This document shows positions 39,614-49,482 of a stretch of DNA of 64,000 bases, in pieces (the stretch's first letter is position 1; each line of letters begins with the position of its first letter). This stretch comes from Candidatus Zhuqueibacterota bacterium (GTDB taxonomy: Bacteria; BS750m-G25). Location: assembly GCA_016783505.1 (NCBI GenBank), contig JADHWK010000002.1, positions 1 to 64,000 of the forward strand. Reading direction: 5' to 3'. The notes beneath the pieces are model-generated. The model made no database searches, was not told the origin of the DNA, and was given only the letters and a program-made list of their open reading frames with translations. A program made the position numbers and the translations under genes.

Positions 39614-40755
39614 ATCCCTTTAGTTATATTGTTGTGAATGTAGTTGAAATCTTGCTGAGGGTTGTTCCTCTTCCCTGCAGGGCAGGTTTGGTTAAAATAG
39701 GGAATCCGGAGCGGCACTCGCCTGTTTTCTTAACCTGCAATTATCATCTGACTGTAGAGAGGGTAAAAAGAGCATTGAAGGGGGTTGATTGTTATCTTCT
39801 TGTTGCTAATAGCCGGGGAATCAACGTGTGGTGTGCGGCGGCCGATGGCCATTTCACCAATCACGATGTTATCTCAGTTCTTAAAACCAGTGGAATTGAA
39901 GAACTGGTAGATCACAGAAATGTGATAATGCCCCAACTGGCTGCCACCGGTGTTGAGGCCAAAATTATTCATAAGAAATCAGGATGGAAGACTATCTGGG
40001 GGCCGGTTTATGCCAAAGATATTCCCCTTTTCATACAAAACAATCTCAAGAAAACCCCGGAAATACGGGAAGTTGAGTTTCCTCTGACCCAACGTATTGA
40101 ATTAGCTGCCAGTTGGGCATTTCCGATTTCCATATTCTTAGCTCTCATCATAATTCCATTTTGGCCTGAAGCGATTTTCCCCATCATTCTTATGATTTGG
40201 GGGTTGTCCTTCTTAATCTTCATGTCTTTTCCCCTTTATAGCCGGTGGCTAAGTTCTGAGGGAAAGAGGATTGGCCTTATCTTCTTCGATTTTGGGCGAG
40301 GAGGATTTCAACTAATCCTATGGTGTTTACTTATTATTGGGATTATTGCTTATAGTCATTTATTTGTAGAGTTTAGTTGGGGATTTATTTTTCGCTGGGG
40401 TTTTATTTCATTCATTGTTGTTCTCGTGCTAAGCCTTGATCTAATGGGCAGTACCCCTGTATATCATAGCGGCTTACATGAAGATAGATTGCTAAAAGTC
40501 ATTCTTGATGAGAAGAAATGCAGGGGGGCTGGTTTTTGCGAGCAGGTTTGCCCCAGGAATTGCTATGGGGTGGATAGCAACCGGCATATGGCGGCAATGC
40601 CGAAAACCGAACGCTGTGTTCAATGCGGGGCCTGTATCGTCCAATGCCCCTTCAATGCCTTGTATTTTAAAAATCCCAAGGGGGAAATAATACTCCCGGA
40701 TACCATCAGAAAATTTAAGTTAAACCTTTTAGGCAAGCGTCTAAGGGAGAAATGA
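39610..40755 (+). CDS. Fused HgcAB-like protein (corrinoid domain, 4 TM, ferredoxin)
   Basis: SPVFLTCNY, GINVWCAAADG, PQLAA, WGPVYAKDI; TM block; CRGAGFCEQVCP and CVQCGACIVQCP. Confidence 0.88.
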   Translation: MNPFSYIVVNVVEILLRVVPLPCRAGLVKIGNPERHSPVFLTCNYHLTVERVKRALKGVDCYLLVANSRGINVWCAAADGHFTNHDVISVLKTSGIEELVDHRNVIMPQLAATGVEAKIIHKKSGWKTIWGPVYAKDIPLFIQNNLKKTPEIREVEFPLTQRIELAASWAFPISIFLALIIIPFWPEAIFPIILMIWGLSFLIFMSFPLYSRWLSSEGKRIGLIFFDFGRGGFQLILWCLLIIGIIAYSHLFVEFSWGFIFRWGFISFIVVLVLSLDLMGSTPVYHSGLHEDRLLKVILDEKKCRGAGFCEQVCPRNCYGVDSNRHMAAMPKTERCVQCGACIVQCPFNALYFKNPKGEIILPDTIRKFKLNLLGKRLREK

Positions 40756-40756
40756 G

Positions 40757-40781
40757 AAAAGCCGGGCTTGACCCGGCTTTG
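40757..40781. terminator. Probable bidirectional intrinsic terminator
   Basis: AAAAGCCGGG-CTTGA-CCCGGCTTT between convergent genes. Confidence 0.7.
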
Positions 40782-40904
40782 TTGTCTCTGGAGTTGGGCT
40801 TACATCATTTCAAAACGGAGAAATGTTGATAATAATGTCCATCTGTTGGAAGCGGGGTCTTACCTGTTTAAAGGTATTTAGTTGAAGTGAAGAATGTTGG
40901 GGGG

Positions 40905-41585
40905 TTAAAACACCCATTCAGCAACTAAAATCCCTGTCGCTCCGTGATGGAAAGAATGGACTTTCAGTTCAGATAGATCAAATTTGGAAATTACCCCCCT
41001 TAATCCCCCCTCCCCCATGAATTGCTTAAAGTTCCTGAAGTGATCCCCGCCAGCCTTCCTTTCAACGGCTCTCTGGACCAAAGCTATCATCTTAGAAATC
41101 GGGGTTGTGGGAACGACATAGTCAGCGATGAGGAGCTTACCTCCCGATGTGGTAACTCTATGGGCTTCTCCTAAAACCCGTTTTCTATCATCCGGGGTTT
41201 TTTCGTGCAGGGCAAAGGATAAAATTACGCAGTCAAAGGTTCGGTCCTCAAAGTGCAGATGCCTCGCATCTTCCCTGAAATAATGAATGCCGCCCGGACT
41301 ACTTTCCCTGGCCATCCGGATCATCGCTTCGGAAGAATCAACCCCTGAGACCCGGAACCCTTTATTATGAAGAAGAATGCACTGCGCCCCCGTTCCACAG
41401 CATAAATCAAGGATATTCTGAAAGCTAAATCTTTCTGCAATGGCAACTATCTCCTTCTTTATAGACCTTAACACGGGCTCAAGGAGGTAACCATAAACCC
41501 ATGTTGAATATTCGTAATCAGCTTTCGGCTTGGTTACCGCCTCAGGTACGCTTCGCACTATGATTGTAGATGTTTCCGTATTCAT
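40905..41585 (-). CDS. Class I SAM-dependent methyltransferase (UbiE-like)
   Basis: ILDLCCGTG, GVDSS, SFALHE; ATG at 41585 overlaps the permease TGA. Confidence 0.85.
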   Translation of the reverse strand: MNTETSTIIVRSVPEAVTKPKADYEYSTWVYGYLLEPVLRSIKKEIVAIAERFSFQNILDLCCGTGAQCILLHNKGFRVSGVDSSEAMIRMARESSPGGIHYFREDARHLHFEDRTFDCVILSFALHEKTPDDRKRVLGEAHRVTTSGGKLLIADYVVPTTPISKMIALVQRAVERKAGGDHFRNFKQFMGEGGLRGVISKFDLSELKVHSFHHGATGILVAEWVF

Positions 41586-42079
41586 AGGACAGTGCGGGAA
41601 AAGAACATCTGGGCGATTATTCCGGCGATGGGGGGAAAGATGAAGGTGCAGGCCAGGCGGATGGCGGTAAACTTCCAGCCCAGGATTCCCACCTCCATGG
41701 GCAACCGAGCGATGGCCCACAGGGACCATCCGGTCAGGAAGGCCACCATGGTCCCCACCCCGGCCCCGGACTTTAACAACCCGGCCACGATGGGCAGGCT
41801 CACATAGGGCCCCCCTGGGGATATTCCCCCGGCTATGGTTCCCAAAATAATCCCCCTTAAGCCCGATCCCGCCCCCACCCATTTTGACAAAAATTCCTGG
41901 GGGAGAAGGACCCGAATCATTCCGGCCACGATAAGGGCGAAAACCAGTAGGGGCAGCATTTGAACGATCATGCCCGCTGCGGATTTCAATCCAACAACGT
42001 GCTGGCCTCCACCCTTGGTGTAGCCCAAAAAGAATAAAACCGCTGCCAGGACTCCCATGATAATCGTCGGTATCAGCAT
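41582..42079 (-). CDS. Small permease (DUF318/ArsP-like half transporter)
   Basis: Hydrophobic; PGGPYVSLP..GAGVG..AFLTGW..RLPME; start placed at MLIPT. Confidence 0.75.
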   Translation of the reverse strand: MLIPTIIMGVLAAVLFFLGYTKGGGQHVVGLKSAAGMIVQMLPLLVFALIVAGMIRVLLPQEFLSKWVGAGSGLRGIILGTIAGGISPGGPYVSLPIVAGLLKSGAGVGTMVAFLTGWSLWAIARLPMEVGILGWKFTAIRLACTFIFPPIAGIIAQMFFSRTVL

Positions 42080-42233
42080 ATTTGCGTTCCTCTTTTGTTT
42101 TTTATTTTTATCGTTCATTGATCCCAACCAGAGTAGATTCCGGCGGATGACCCACCACTAAAAATTGGCAGGCAGGCAACATCTAACACAGGCAAAAATA
42201 ACACATTTATTTAAAAAATGCAATTGAAAAATA

Positions 42234-42266
42234 AAAAAGCGATACCCTTGGGTACGGCTTTTTTTG
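42234..42266. terminator. Probable intrinsic terminator
   Basis: AAAAAAGC.ATACCC..GGGTAC.GCTTTTTTT. Confidence 0.5.
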
Positions 42267-42353
42267 CTTTTTGAATTTTATGGCAATTTACAAGCTCTAA
42301 CGTAGGTGTCCCCAATTGATCCTATCCATCGCACCTTTTTTCAACTGATCTTC

Positions 42354-43193
42354 TCATTTTAACTCTTTCAATTCCGGGGCTGATGCCAACTGGGTTTTCA
42401 CCCAGATCTCCTGTTTTTTGGGCGGTTGCATGCGGGAACCACCCCTAGAGCCACCACTGCCACTACCACCGCGTCGGCCGCCCCCCATGCCACCCCTACC
42501 ACCACCGCGTTGGCGATCACCCATCCTGATGCCGCCCCACTCCAATCCGAGACTGATGGTTTGTCCCGGCTCCGCACCGATGCCATAATCGAAAACATCG
42601 CTTTTCTTCAGCGGAACTCTGAATTCATACGTGTAGATATCTTGGGGAGTGGCAAAGCTAACAGCCGGGCCGCTGGAACCATCAGCGGGAATGTTTATCG
42701 CTTGATCCCCTTTTTTGAGGATAACGGTGATTTGATCGGCTCTGGCCCTCCGCTGCATGAGACGCTCTCTCTGTTCCGGGGTCAGGCTCTCCCAGAATCC
42801 GCCCTCGCCAGTCATTCCCGGCCTTTGCATTTGCAAAAGAGGGGGTCCGCCGGTGTAGCGGATGCCGAAATCCTTCTTCTTTTTCCCGGAATTGTCCAAC
42901 CACAGGGTCAGGCCGCCCATGCGGATGGCCCGCGCCCATTTAGGGTCGTTGAAACGAAAAAGTACGTAGAGGTTTTCGCTATCATTGCACAAACCCAGTA
43001 GCACGCCGCTGTCCTCAAAATAGGTAGTGGGCACACCTTCCCATTCCGGCATTTTACCATCTACCAGCACCGGCTCCGCCGACCAGTGGGTCTGCACCTC
43101 CTGGCTTTTGCAACCCGCTAACAGGATTGAGCCAGCGAATATTAATGTGAGGAGTGCTTTTGCACTCAACGATGTAAAATCCTTGTAAACCAT
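42354..43193 (-). CDS. Hypothetical lipoprotein with Gly/Arg-rich tail
   Basis: LLAGC lipobox; VDGKMPEW; NDSENLYV; YEFRVPL; start placed at MVYKD. Confidence 0.7.
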   Translation of the reverse strand: MVYKDFTSLSAKALLTLIFAGSILLAGCKSQEVQTHWSAEPVLVDGKMPEWEGVPTTYFEDSGVLLGLCNDSENLYVLFRFNDPKWARAIRMGGLTLWLDNSGKKKKDFGIRYTGGPPLLQMQRPGMTGEGGFWESLTPEQRERLMQRRARADQITVILKKGDQAINIPADGSSGPAVSFATPQDIYTYEFRVPLKKSDVFDYGIGAEPGQTISLGLEWGGIRMGDRQRGGGRGGMGGGRRGGSGSGGSRGGSRMQPPKKQEIWVKTQLASAPELKELK

Positions 43194-43286
43194 TTTTTCA
43201 CCCCATTCATGACTGATTGAAAAACGGGGGTGACCGGAACGATTGTTCACCCCCACCGAATGGATACAATTCTTAGAAGCTCCATT

Positions 43287-44069
43287 TTATTTAAGCAAGA
43301 CCATCCGCTTGGTTAGTGCTTGGGGCCCTGCTTCGATGCGATAGAAATATATCCCACTGGCTAGTTGGACTCCATTCACATCACGGCCATCCCAGAGCAG
43401 GTTGTAACTGCCCGGTGCCTGGTATCCCATCTCATAGGTGCGAATTGTCTGTCCTTTCATATTATAGATCAAAACCCGCACCCTTTCCCCGGTTTGCAGG
43501 GTATAGTTAATCTGGGTCTCGGGGTTGGCGGGATTGGGATGGTTGGATACCCTGATGATAGTCTTTTTATCCCCCCAACGACCTTGGCCCATTCGCCTAC
43601 CGCGGCGCCAGCTGCCCGGATCGCGCCACCACAGACCATTTATCTCGTAAACCACAATCACATCCGGGTCTGGACTCGTCATCAACCCACCGGTAATCGT
43701 CAGCTCCTCACCTTCTGCAGGGCGAGCAGCCCCGTTTCCGGGATCATACCAGGGTGGTCCAAAGGCCAGGCGATAATCAGCAGCACCATCGCCATCTTCG
43801 TCTAAATAATAGCAAACCCGCACCGTACTGGAATCACCAAGGGTATCCAGGATTGTGATGCCAGAAACCGTGATCGTTTGTAGCGAATCGGGACGATGCC
43901 AATGTCCATGATGACCGCCATGTCCGGGGCCGTGTCCGCTACCATGGCCACCCCCATGTCCACCTGGGCCACCCCCGTGCTGGGCTAAAACGATGTCGCT
44001 CATTCCAGATATGAGAAACACGGAAAGCAATGTTACCAGGATCATGATCGGCACTCGAAATCGCTTCAT
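43287..44069 (-). CDS. Exported His/Gly-rich protein with C-terminal FlgD-Ig/T9SS-type sorting domain
   Basis: Signal peptide; HGGGPGGHGGGHGSGHGPGHGGHHGHWH; DEDGDG; NHPNPAN..IYN..GQ..WDG..SGIYFY..KRMVLLK. Confidence 0.75.
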   Translation of the reverse strand: MKRFRVPIMILVTLLSVFLISGMSDIVLAQHGGGPGGHGGGHGSGHGPGHGGHHGHWHRPDSLQTITVSGITILDTLGDSSTVRVCYYLDEDGDGAADYRLAFGPPWYDPGNGAARPAEGEELTITGGLMTSPDPDVIVVYEINGLWWRDPGSWRRGRRMGQGRWGDKKTIIRVSNHPNPANPETQINYTLQTGERVRVLIYNMKGQTIRTYEMGYQAPGSYNLLWDGRDVNGVQLASGIYFYRIEAGPQALTKRMVLLK

Positions 44070-44079
44070 GGTAGACCTC

Positions 44080-44316
44080 CTATTTTGTTGAAATCATCTT
44101 TTTTAAATTCCGCACCTCATTGTAGAACTGGATAAACTCGCTGTTGATGAACTCTACCTTCAGTTGATCAGTATTCCCATCACACTCGAAAGTAAAGTAA
44201 GCCTTTGATTTTTTCTGATCTGATTTGATCAAGCGGTGTCCCTTCATCTTCAGATAGGCTGAAAACGGAAGGTCATCGGTGGTGATGTGATTGTTTTTGA
44301 TTTTATTTGATCTCAT
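44080..44316 (-). CDS. Small protein (DUF5659-like)
   Basis: TDDLPFSAYL..G..L..YFTF..FYNEVRNLK; GAGG RBS. Confidence 0.55.
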   Translation of the reverse strand: MRSNKIKNNHITTDDLPFSAYLKMKGHRLIKSDQKKSKAYFTFECDGNTDQLKVEFINSEFIQFYNEVRNLKKMISTK

Positions 44317-44436
44317 TGTTATTAACCTCTTTTAACTTGCAGGACAGAGGTCCTTCTCCGTTTCCCATTCCAAGATCTTTCAACACTTCCCGGCGGGCTT
44401 GTATAATTTGACGTCATCTGGTATAGAAGTGGTCTA

Positions 44437-44919
44437 TTACCACCTCCCACCGCCCACGCGACCATGTCGCCCATCAGGTCCGGGTCGACCCCGATGTCCC
44501 AAGCCGAAGCCCTTGCTGTCGAAATAAACCCGCTGTTCTTCGGTTAAGATCCTGCGGACGGCCTGGTGGTGAGCCACCTTTTTCTTCATCATCCTGGTCC
44601 GCAGCCTGCTGATGTCGTCAATGAGTTTGTTGATGGCCTTCTCATCGGTTTTATTGGCGGTCATCAGGGTCCTGAGCCGAGCCCGCTTTTCCCCGATTTC
44701 ATTCTTCAGGGGCAAACCTTCTTTCATAAAGTCCACCCTCATTCCCCGGATCTTGGCCTCTTGTTCTTCCGTCAGGTCGGGGATATTCATCCGATCCCAA
44801 CTCGGGCGTGGACCCAAACCCATTCCACAGGGGCCTTTTCCCAGCCCCTGGGCCAAAACCGGCCCTACGGCCAACGTCAACACCAGCAACCCTGCCAGCA
44901 TTCCCATGGACTTTTTCAT
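44437..44919 (-). CDS. Spy/CpxP family periplasmic protein
   Basis: Signal peptide; two LTxxQ motifs (LTEEQ). Confidence 0.85.
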   Translation of the reverse strand: MKKSMGMLAGLLVLTLAVGPVLAQGLGKGPCGMGLGPRPSWDRMNIPDLTEEQEAKIRGMRVDFMKEGLPLKNEIGEKRARLRTLMTANKTDEKAINKLIDDISRLRTRMMKKKVAHHQAVRRILTEEQRVYFDSKGFGLGHRGRPGPDGRHGRVGGGRW

Positions 44920-44977
44920 TTTACCTTCCTCCTTTCAGGTTTAATGTAAAATTTTGGTAAAAATGTGAACTAAAGAT

Positions 44978-45505
44978 TTACCATGGAGAGTTATATTCTT
45001 TAGGTGGTGGATACCCTCTACCCATCCGGCCCGGTCCCCGACCCCGGCGGTGGGGCATCATCCGGCCATGACGGAAGCGATCTTTAAACAGGGTAAAGAA
45101 CTCCTCCCGCTGCTGGGGGGTGAGGATATTTCTCATTTTTACGGTTTTTCTGATAGCCCTTTTTTCCAACTTTGCCTGAAGGGCGGCGATCTCATCCAGT
45201 TTCCGGTCTATTGTTAATGAATCGGATTCCGCATTTCTCAGAAGGTCAATCAGTTCTCCTCGCTTCTGATGAAGTTGATCCCGCAGCCCGGATAAATCAG
45301 CCCGAAAAGTCCCCCACATATCTTCCATCCGGGCGATCTGGGAATCAGTCAGTTTCAGCGGACCGCGCTCCCAGCCCCGCCCCCAGAAGGGGCGTTTTAC
45401 CCTTGGTCGGGATTCCCTCCACCAATGGTAACCAATAGTGCCAACAGCGGCCAGGTTGACAGCCAGCGAAAAGATCAACACGATCAAAAGCCAATTTTTC
45501 TTCAT
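44978..45505 (-). CDS. Spy/CpxP-like periplasmic heavy-metal sensor protein
   Basis: N-terminal TM with SLAVNL; LTDSQ; LTPQQ. Confidence 0.8.
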   Translation of the reverse strand: MKKNWLLIVLIFSLAVNLAAVGTIGYHWWRESRPRVKRPFWGRGWERGPLKLTDSQIARMEDMWGTFRADLSGLRDQLHQKRGELIDLLRNAESDSLTIDRKLDEIAALQAKLEKRAIRKTVKMRNILTPQQREEFFTLFKDRFRHGRMMPHRRGRGPGRMGRGYPPPKEYNSPW

Positions 45506-45514
45506 GTTCTTCCT

Positions 45515-45991
45515 CTATTGTTGATTCGTTTGGGTTAAGGCAAGCAGTGTTTCCCCTAAGGATCCTTCAGGAATATCATCCAGGGTACCCAGCCCCAGGA
45601 CGTTGACAAATTCCACCTCAGGACTTTCCAGCACCCGGGACTCAAAAGCGGTGGAATACAACCTATTACCAAAATGAATTCCGATGACTAACCCCACGAT
45701 TAAAACGGCGGTAACCGCCGCCGGTACAACATACCGATCAATTAACCCTTCCCAAAAAGGCACAGGACTGGGTTTTTCTGCAACCCTTTTTCGGACCTTT
45801 TCCCAGAGAAAAGGGGTGGGTTCTACCCGCTCCCACGTTCCCAGAAGGTCCCAGACCCCCTGAAGCTCCTGGACCTCGGCAGCGCATCGGGGACAGAACT
45901 TGAGGTGATCCGAAATCCTTTTACCCTCCTCTTCGGGCAACTCACCGTCCAAGTAAGCGGACAGCCTCTTTTTGATAAATCGGCACTTCAT
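45515..45991 (-). CDS. Zinc-finger (zf-HC2) anti-sigma factor
   Basis: C..LSAYLDGEL..HLKFCPRC; one TM. Confidence 0.88.
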   Translation of the reverse strand: MKCRFIKKRLSAYLDGELPEEEGKRISDHLKFCPRCAAEVQELQGVWDLLGTWERVEPTPFLWEKVRKRVAEKPSPVPFWEGLIDRYVVPAAVTAVLIVGLVIGIHFGNRLYSTAFESRVLESPEVEFVNVLGLGTLDDIPEGSLGETLLALTQTNQQ

Positions 45992-46015
45992 GGGTTTTTT
46001 CCTCTTTCTGTTAAC

Positions 46016-46044
46016 TTAGACACAGTAGATGCCAAAAACTTTCG
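46016..46044 (-). promoter_or_regulatory. Candidate ECF promoter CGAAAGT-N16-GTCTAA, copy between sigma and anti-sigma genes
   Basis: Same boxes and spacing as 46759-46787. Confidence 0.7.
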
Positions 46045-46045
46045 T

Positions 46046-46612
46046 TTATGTCAATAGTGGGGACAGTTTTTTCCTGAGGTTCAGTTTGGCCCGGTGAATC
46101 AGGGACTCTACTGCTGAAAGAGAGGTATTCATCACCCCGGCGATTTCTTTGTAGGACAAACCCTCGTAACGGTGCAGGATGATAGCAGTTCGCTGCTTCT
46201 TGGGTAAAGCGTGCAGGGCTTTCTTTACGCTCTCCTCTTTTTCCTTCTTCATAAGTTGGGCATCCGGTTCGCCGTCCGAAGGAGCGGGGAAGTCGTTAAG
46301 TTGGGATTCTTTAGTGGAAACACAATCCAGGGGAAAAAATAACCGGGTCCGCTTGCGTAAGACGTTTAACGAAAGATTAATGGCAATACGATAGAGCCAG
46401 GTGGAAACTTTGGCCTCGTGTCTGAAGCTGCCGGCGGAGTGATAGGCTTTGATGAAAACATCCTGGGTAATGTCCTCAGCATCATGGCGACTTTCCAGCA
46501 TTCGATAGGCTACATTAAACACCATAGACTGATATTTCCGTACCAAATCCTGGAAAGCAGTTTGATCCCCGGCGGCGATCCGGGTTAGATATTCCGATTC
46601 AATCCCTGACAT
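46046..46612 (-). CDS. ECF RNA polymerase sigma factor
   Basis: AEDITQDVFIK, STWLYRIAIN, EGLSYKEIA..VESLIHRAK. Confidence 0.93.
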   Translation of the reverse strand: MSGIESEYLTRIAAGDQTAFQDLVRKYQSMVFNVAYRMLESRHDAEDITQDVFIKAYHSAGSFRHEAKVSTWLYRIAINLSLNVLRKRTRLFFPLDCVSTKESQLNDFPAPSDGEPDAQLMKKEKEESVKKALHALPKKQRTAIILHRYEGLSYKEIAGVMNTSLSAVESLIHRAKLNLRKKLSPLLT

Positions 46613-46758
46613 TAAAATAGGTCCTGCACCCCATATGTAAATGAGACAAACGAATCCTCGTTAGGTTTAATTAACTATAAAAGCCCAAATTGGTAAGGAT
46701 TGCCATATGGTATTATACCAAAAAGGGGAAAGTGAGTTAATTTGGGGTATCCTAAGGA

Positions 46759-46787
46759 TTAGACAAGGAAAGGGGCCAAAACTTTCG
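46759..46787 (-). promoter_or_regulatory. Candidate ECF autoregulatory promoter CGAAAGT-N16-GTCTAA
   Basis: Upstream of the sigma gene; duplicate of 46016-46044. Confidence 0.7.
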
Positions 46788-47068
46788 GATGGTGATCGAG
46801 AACACTGAGGTGTGAACAAATTATGCTTTTTATCGTTTAATCCAGGGAAACAGGGCAGCGCTATCCTTACCGGTCCCTTTGTGGGTCTTTGATAGGTGAC
46901 CCCCCAATTCCTAAAATCTTATTGAGCAAGACGTCCTGTAAAAAAGGCGACTAACTTGAAATGTCAATCGCTTTTTTTGGTTATTCACTGCCTGATATAA
47001 CCTTCAATTGGTACAGAACCGACTTTATCTTATTAGCATCATTATTAGTATATTTGGCTAAATCACCA

Positions 47069-49471
47069 TTAAAACTCGAAACTGACCCCACCGACCGGCA
47101 GAATGCTAAACTGATAGACGGTATTCCGGGCCCCATCAACATTGTATTCATAAAAGGCTATGTTACGGCGATTGTAAGCGTTTTCTAAGTCCAAATAAAC
47201 TACAATGTTCCAGTTTTTGAAATGGTAACGGTTATCGAACCGGATGTCCAACCGGTGATAGGGTGGGTAGCGCTGGGAGTTTATTTCTCCGTCAACCCAG
47301 ACGGAGTCACGGGTTACCGGGTCAAATTCCCAATCTTTAGGGGTATAGGGCAGTCCCCCCAGGTATCGCCAGCGGAAGGCCAGCTCCAGTTCGTCCCCCC
47401 CAATGGGAAGCACGTGGGTCAGGAATCCCAGGGGAGAACTCTGCCATTTCTTATACCAATCGAATCTTTTAAAACAGGTTTTGACCCCAAATATATAGGT
47501 GAACACATGGCGGAAATCGTAATCCCAATTGAATTCTCTTACCTGCGCATCTTCCCGGGGGTCCTGGGCCCGTGATATACCGTAGGAATAACTAATAGTC
47601 CCATAATAATTTTTAACCAATTTCTGCTGCAAGAAGAACTCTATTCCCCGGGAGAATCCCTCTCCCTCATTCACCAATTTCCAGGAGCGAAAGGTATCGT
47701 CCGAACTTAAAAACTGCTCCCCTATCAGAATATCATTGTAGAGCTTCCAATAAGCCTCGATGCTTCCCAATAGTCCCTCGCCCAGCAGATGTTCAAACCC
47801 GAGGACAAAATGCCGACAATGGTGGTTTTTGACGGTGCGGTTTCCCCCATTTGGATCCTGGGTGTAATAATAGTAGGGGGGAGTCTGATAAAACTCCCCG
47901 TAGACTGCATTTATGCTTGTCAAGTTTGAAAGATGATAGGTTAATCCCAGTCGGGGGCTTAAGTTTTTTCTCCGGCTGTAATCGAAATAATCATGTCGTA
48001 ACCCCAGGTTGAGCATTAGCTTTTCCACCGGCCTCCACTTAAACTGGATGTAGACAGCGGATTTGAAGGATTTTATTCGGTCGTTGGTATCGTGGGCGGG
48101 GGTAATTACCGTGGTATCAGCGTTAGTGTTGCCGCTAAAATAATATTCAGTGGTATCAGCTCCCCACCAGATTTCATGATCGAACCGAACGGGTTTATAA
48201 GATATGCCCCATCCCATTTCATTGCGTCTGGAGAATTGGTAGGTAAAATCAGCCTTGGCGGTATATTCTATTTCGATTGATTTGTTGTCATAAACGACCG
48301 TTCCATCCTCCTCATCGACCATAGTGTCCCAGAAGTTGAGGGATTTGGAAATGGTGAACAGGGAATATCCCTTTTTGCTCCACAGGGACTTCCAGGTCAG
48401 CCCCAAGGCGTATTGATGTGAACGGGCCTCCACCCTGTTGGCCCCACGGGAGTAGGCCCCTTCCTCTTCAATTTTTATATAGTCGCTACCGTAAATACCG
48501 TTGAATATTAGCCAATTTCTGGGCCCCAGATCGTAGACGGCCTTTCCCTGGGTATCCCAGTAGTGGGGCACGGCGGTCAACCCGATGGGGCTTAAGATCA
48601 GGTCCAAGTAGCTCTTGCGGGCTGAGAAAAGCCACGAGCCTCTGCCGTTAGCTAAAGGCCCTTCAAAGGTTCCTCCGGCCCCAGCCATGCTCAGGTTCAG
48701 ATCCCCCACCAGCCGCTCCCGGTTACCCTCCCTCAGGGAAATATCCAATACCGAGGAGAGTTTGTCCCCGTACTTAGCGGGAAACCCCCCGGTAATAAAA
48801 TCTATCTCCTGGATGAAATCGGTGTTAATCATGTTGATGGGACCCCCGGTGCCCCCCTGGTATCCAAAGTGATTGGAATTGGGAATTTCGATATTATCCA
48901 GCAGGGTCAGATTCTCAATGGGGCTGCCCCCCCGGACGATGATTTCGTTGTTCTGATCGTTGGAGTTGGCCACGCTGGGCAGGGCCTGGATCACCCGCTG
49001 CACATCCTCAGCGGCCCCGGGGGCGCGGCGAATCTCCTCATAGTTGAGACTGCGGCTGGAAGTAAAGGCATCATTGGTCTTGGAAAAATAATTGGCGGTA
49101 ATGGTGACCTCTTCCCCCCTTAAAATCTCCCCGGCCATCTGGACAACCAGCGTGGTGGCCCTATTAGGATTAACGATGACGTCGGTCTTGACCACGGGAC
49201 GATAACCCATCATCATCACTTTCACGTTGTAGCTTCCCGCGGGAACGTTTTCAACCACAAACTTTCCGTCCGGCCCCGTGGCCGCCCCCATGGGGGTGTC
49301 CATCAAGATCACGTTGGCAAAGGGCAGGGGCTGCTGGGTGGATCGGTCCCTGATGATCCCTTTAAGGGACCCCACAGGCCTTTCCTCTTCCTGACCAAAA
49401 GCCGGATTAAGGAGAAAAATGATGGCCATAGCTAACGAAAAAAAAGAATGTGAGTTTTTCATCATCTTCAC
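47069..49471 (-). CDS. TonB-dependent receptor with carboxypeptidase-regulatory-like N-domain
   Basis: Signal peptide; IIVRGGSPIEN..LDNIEI; GGFPAKYGDKLSS; RLDIR; C-terminal FEF. Confidence 0.9.
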   Translation of the reverse strand: MKMMKNSHSFFSLAMAIIFLLNPAFGQEEERPVGSLKGIIRDRSTQQPLPFANVILMDTPMGAATGPDGKFVVENVPAGSYNVKVMMMGYRPVVKTDVIVNPNRATTLVVQMAGEILRGEEVTITANYFSKTNDAFTSSRSLNYEEIRRAPGAAEDVQRVIQALPSVANSNDQNNEIIVRGGSPIENLTLLDNIEIPNSNHFGYQGGTGGPINMINTDFIQEIDFITGGFPAKYGDKLSSVLDISLREGNRERLVGDLNLSMAGAGGTFEGPLANGRGSWLFSARKSYLDLILSPIGLTAVPHYWDTQGKAVYDLGPRNWLIFNGIYGSDYIKIEEEGAYSRGANRVEARSHQYALGLTWKSLWSKKGYSLFTISKSLNFWDTMVDEEDGTVVYDNKSIEIEYTAKADFTYQFSRRNEMGWGISYKPVRFDHEIWWGADTTEYYFSGNTNADTTVITPAHDTNDRIKSFKSAVYIQFKWRPVEKLMLNLGLRHDYFDYSRRKNLSPRLGLTYHLSNLTSINAVYGEFYQTPPYYYYTQDPNGGNRTVKNHHCRHFVLGFEHLLGEGLLGSIEAYWKLYNDILIGEQFLSSDDTFRSWKLVNEGEGFSRGIEFFLQQKLVKNYYGTISYSYGISRAQDPREDAQVREFNWDYDFRHVFTYIFGVKTCFKRFDWYKKWQSSPLGFLTHVLPIGGDELELAFRWRYLGGLPYTPKDWEFDPVTRDSVWVDGEINSQRYPPYHRLDIRFDNRYHFKNWNIVVYLDLENAYNRRNIAFYEYNVDGARNTVYQFSILPVGGVSFEF

Positions 49472-49482
49472 CCCTCATTACT

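Noticed and set aside
39610-40755. Calling this a bona fide hgcA/hgcB mercury methylation locus
   Set aside because: Fused architecture, altered cap helix and no HgcB terminal cysteines.
41586-41882. Long N-terminal extension of the methyltransferase ORF
   Set aside because: Alternative frame over the permease gene; the ATGA-coupled start at 41585 is more plausible.
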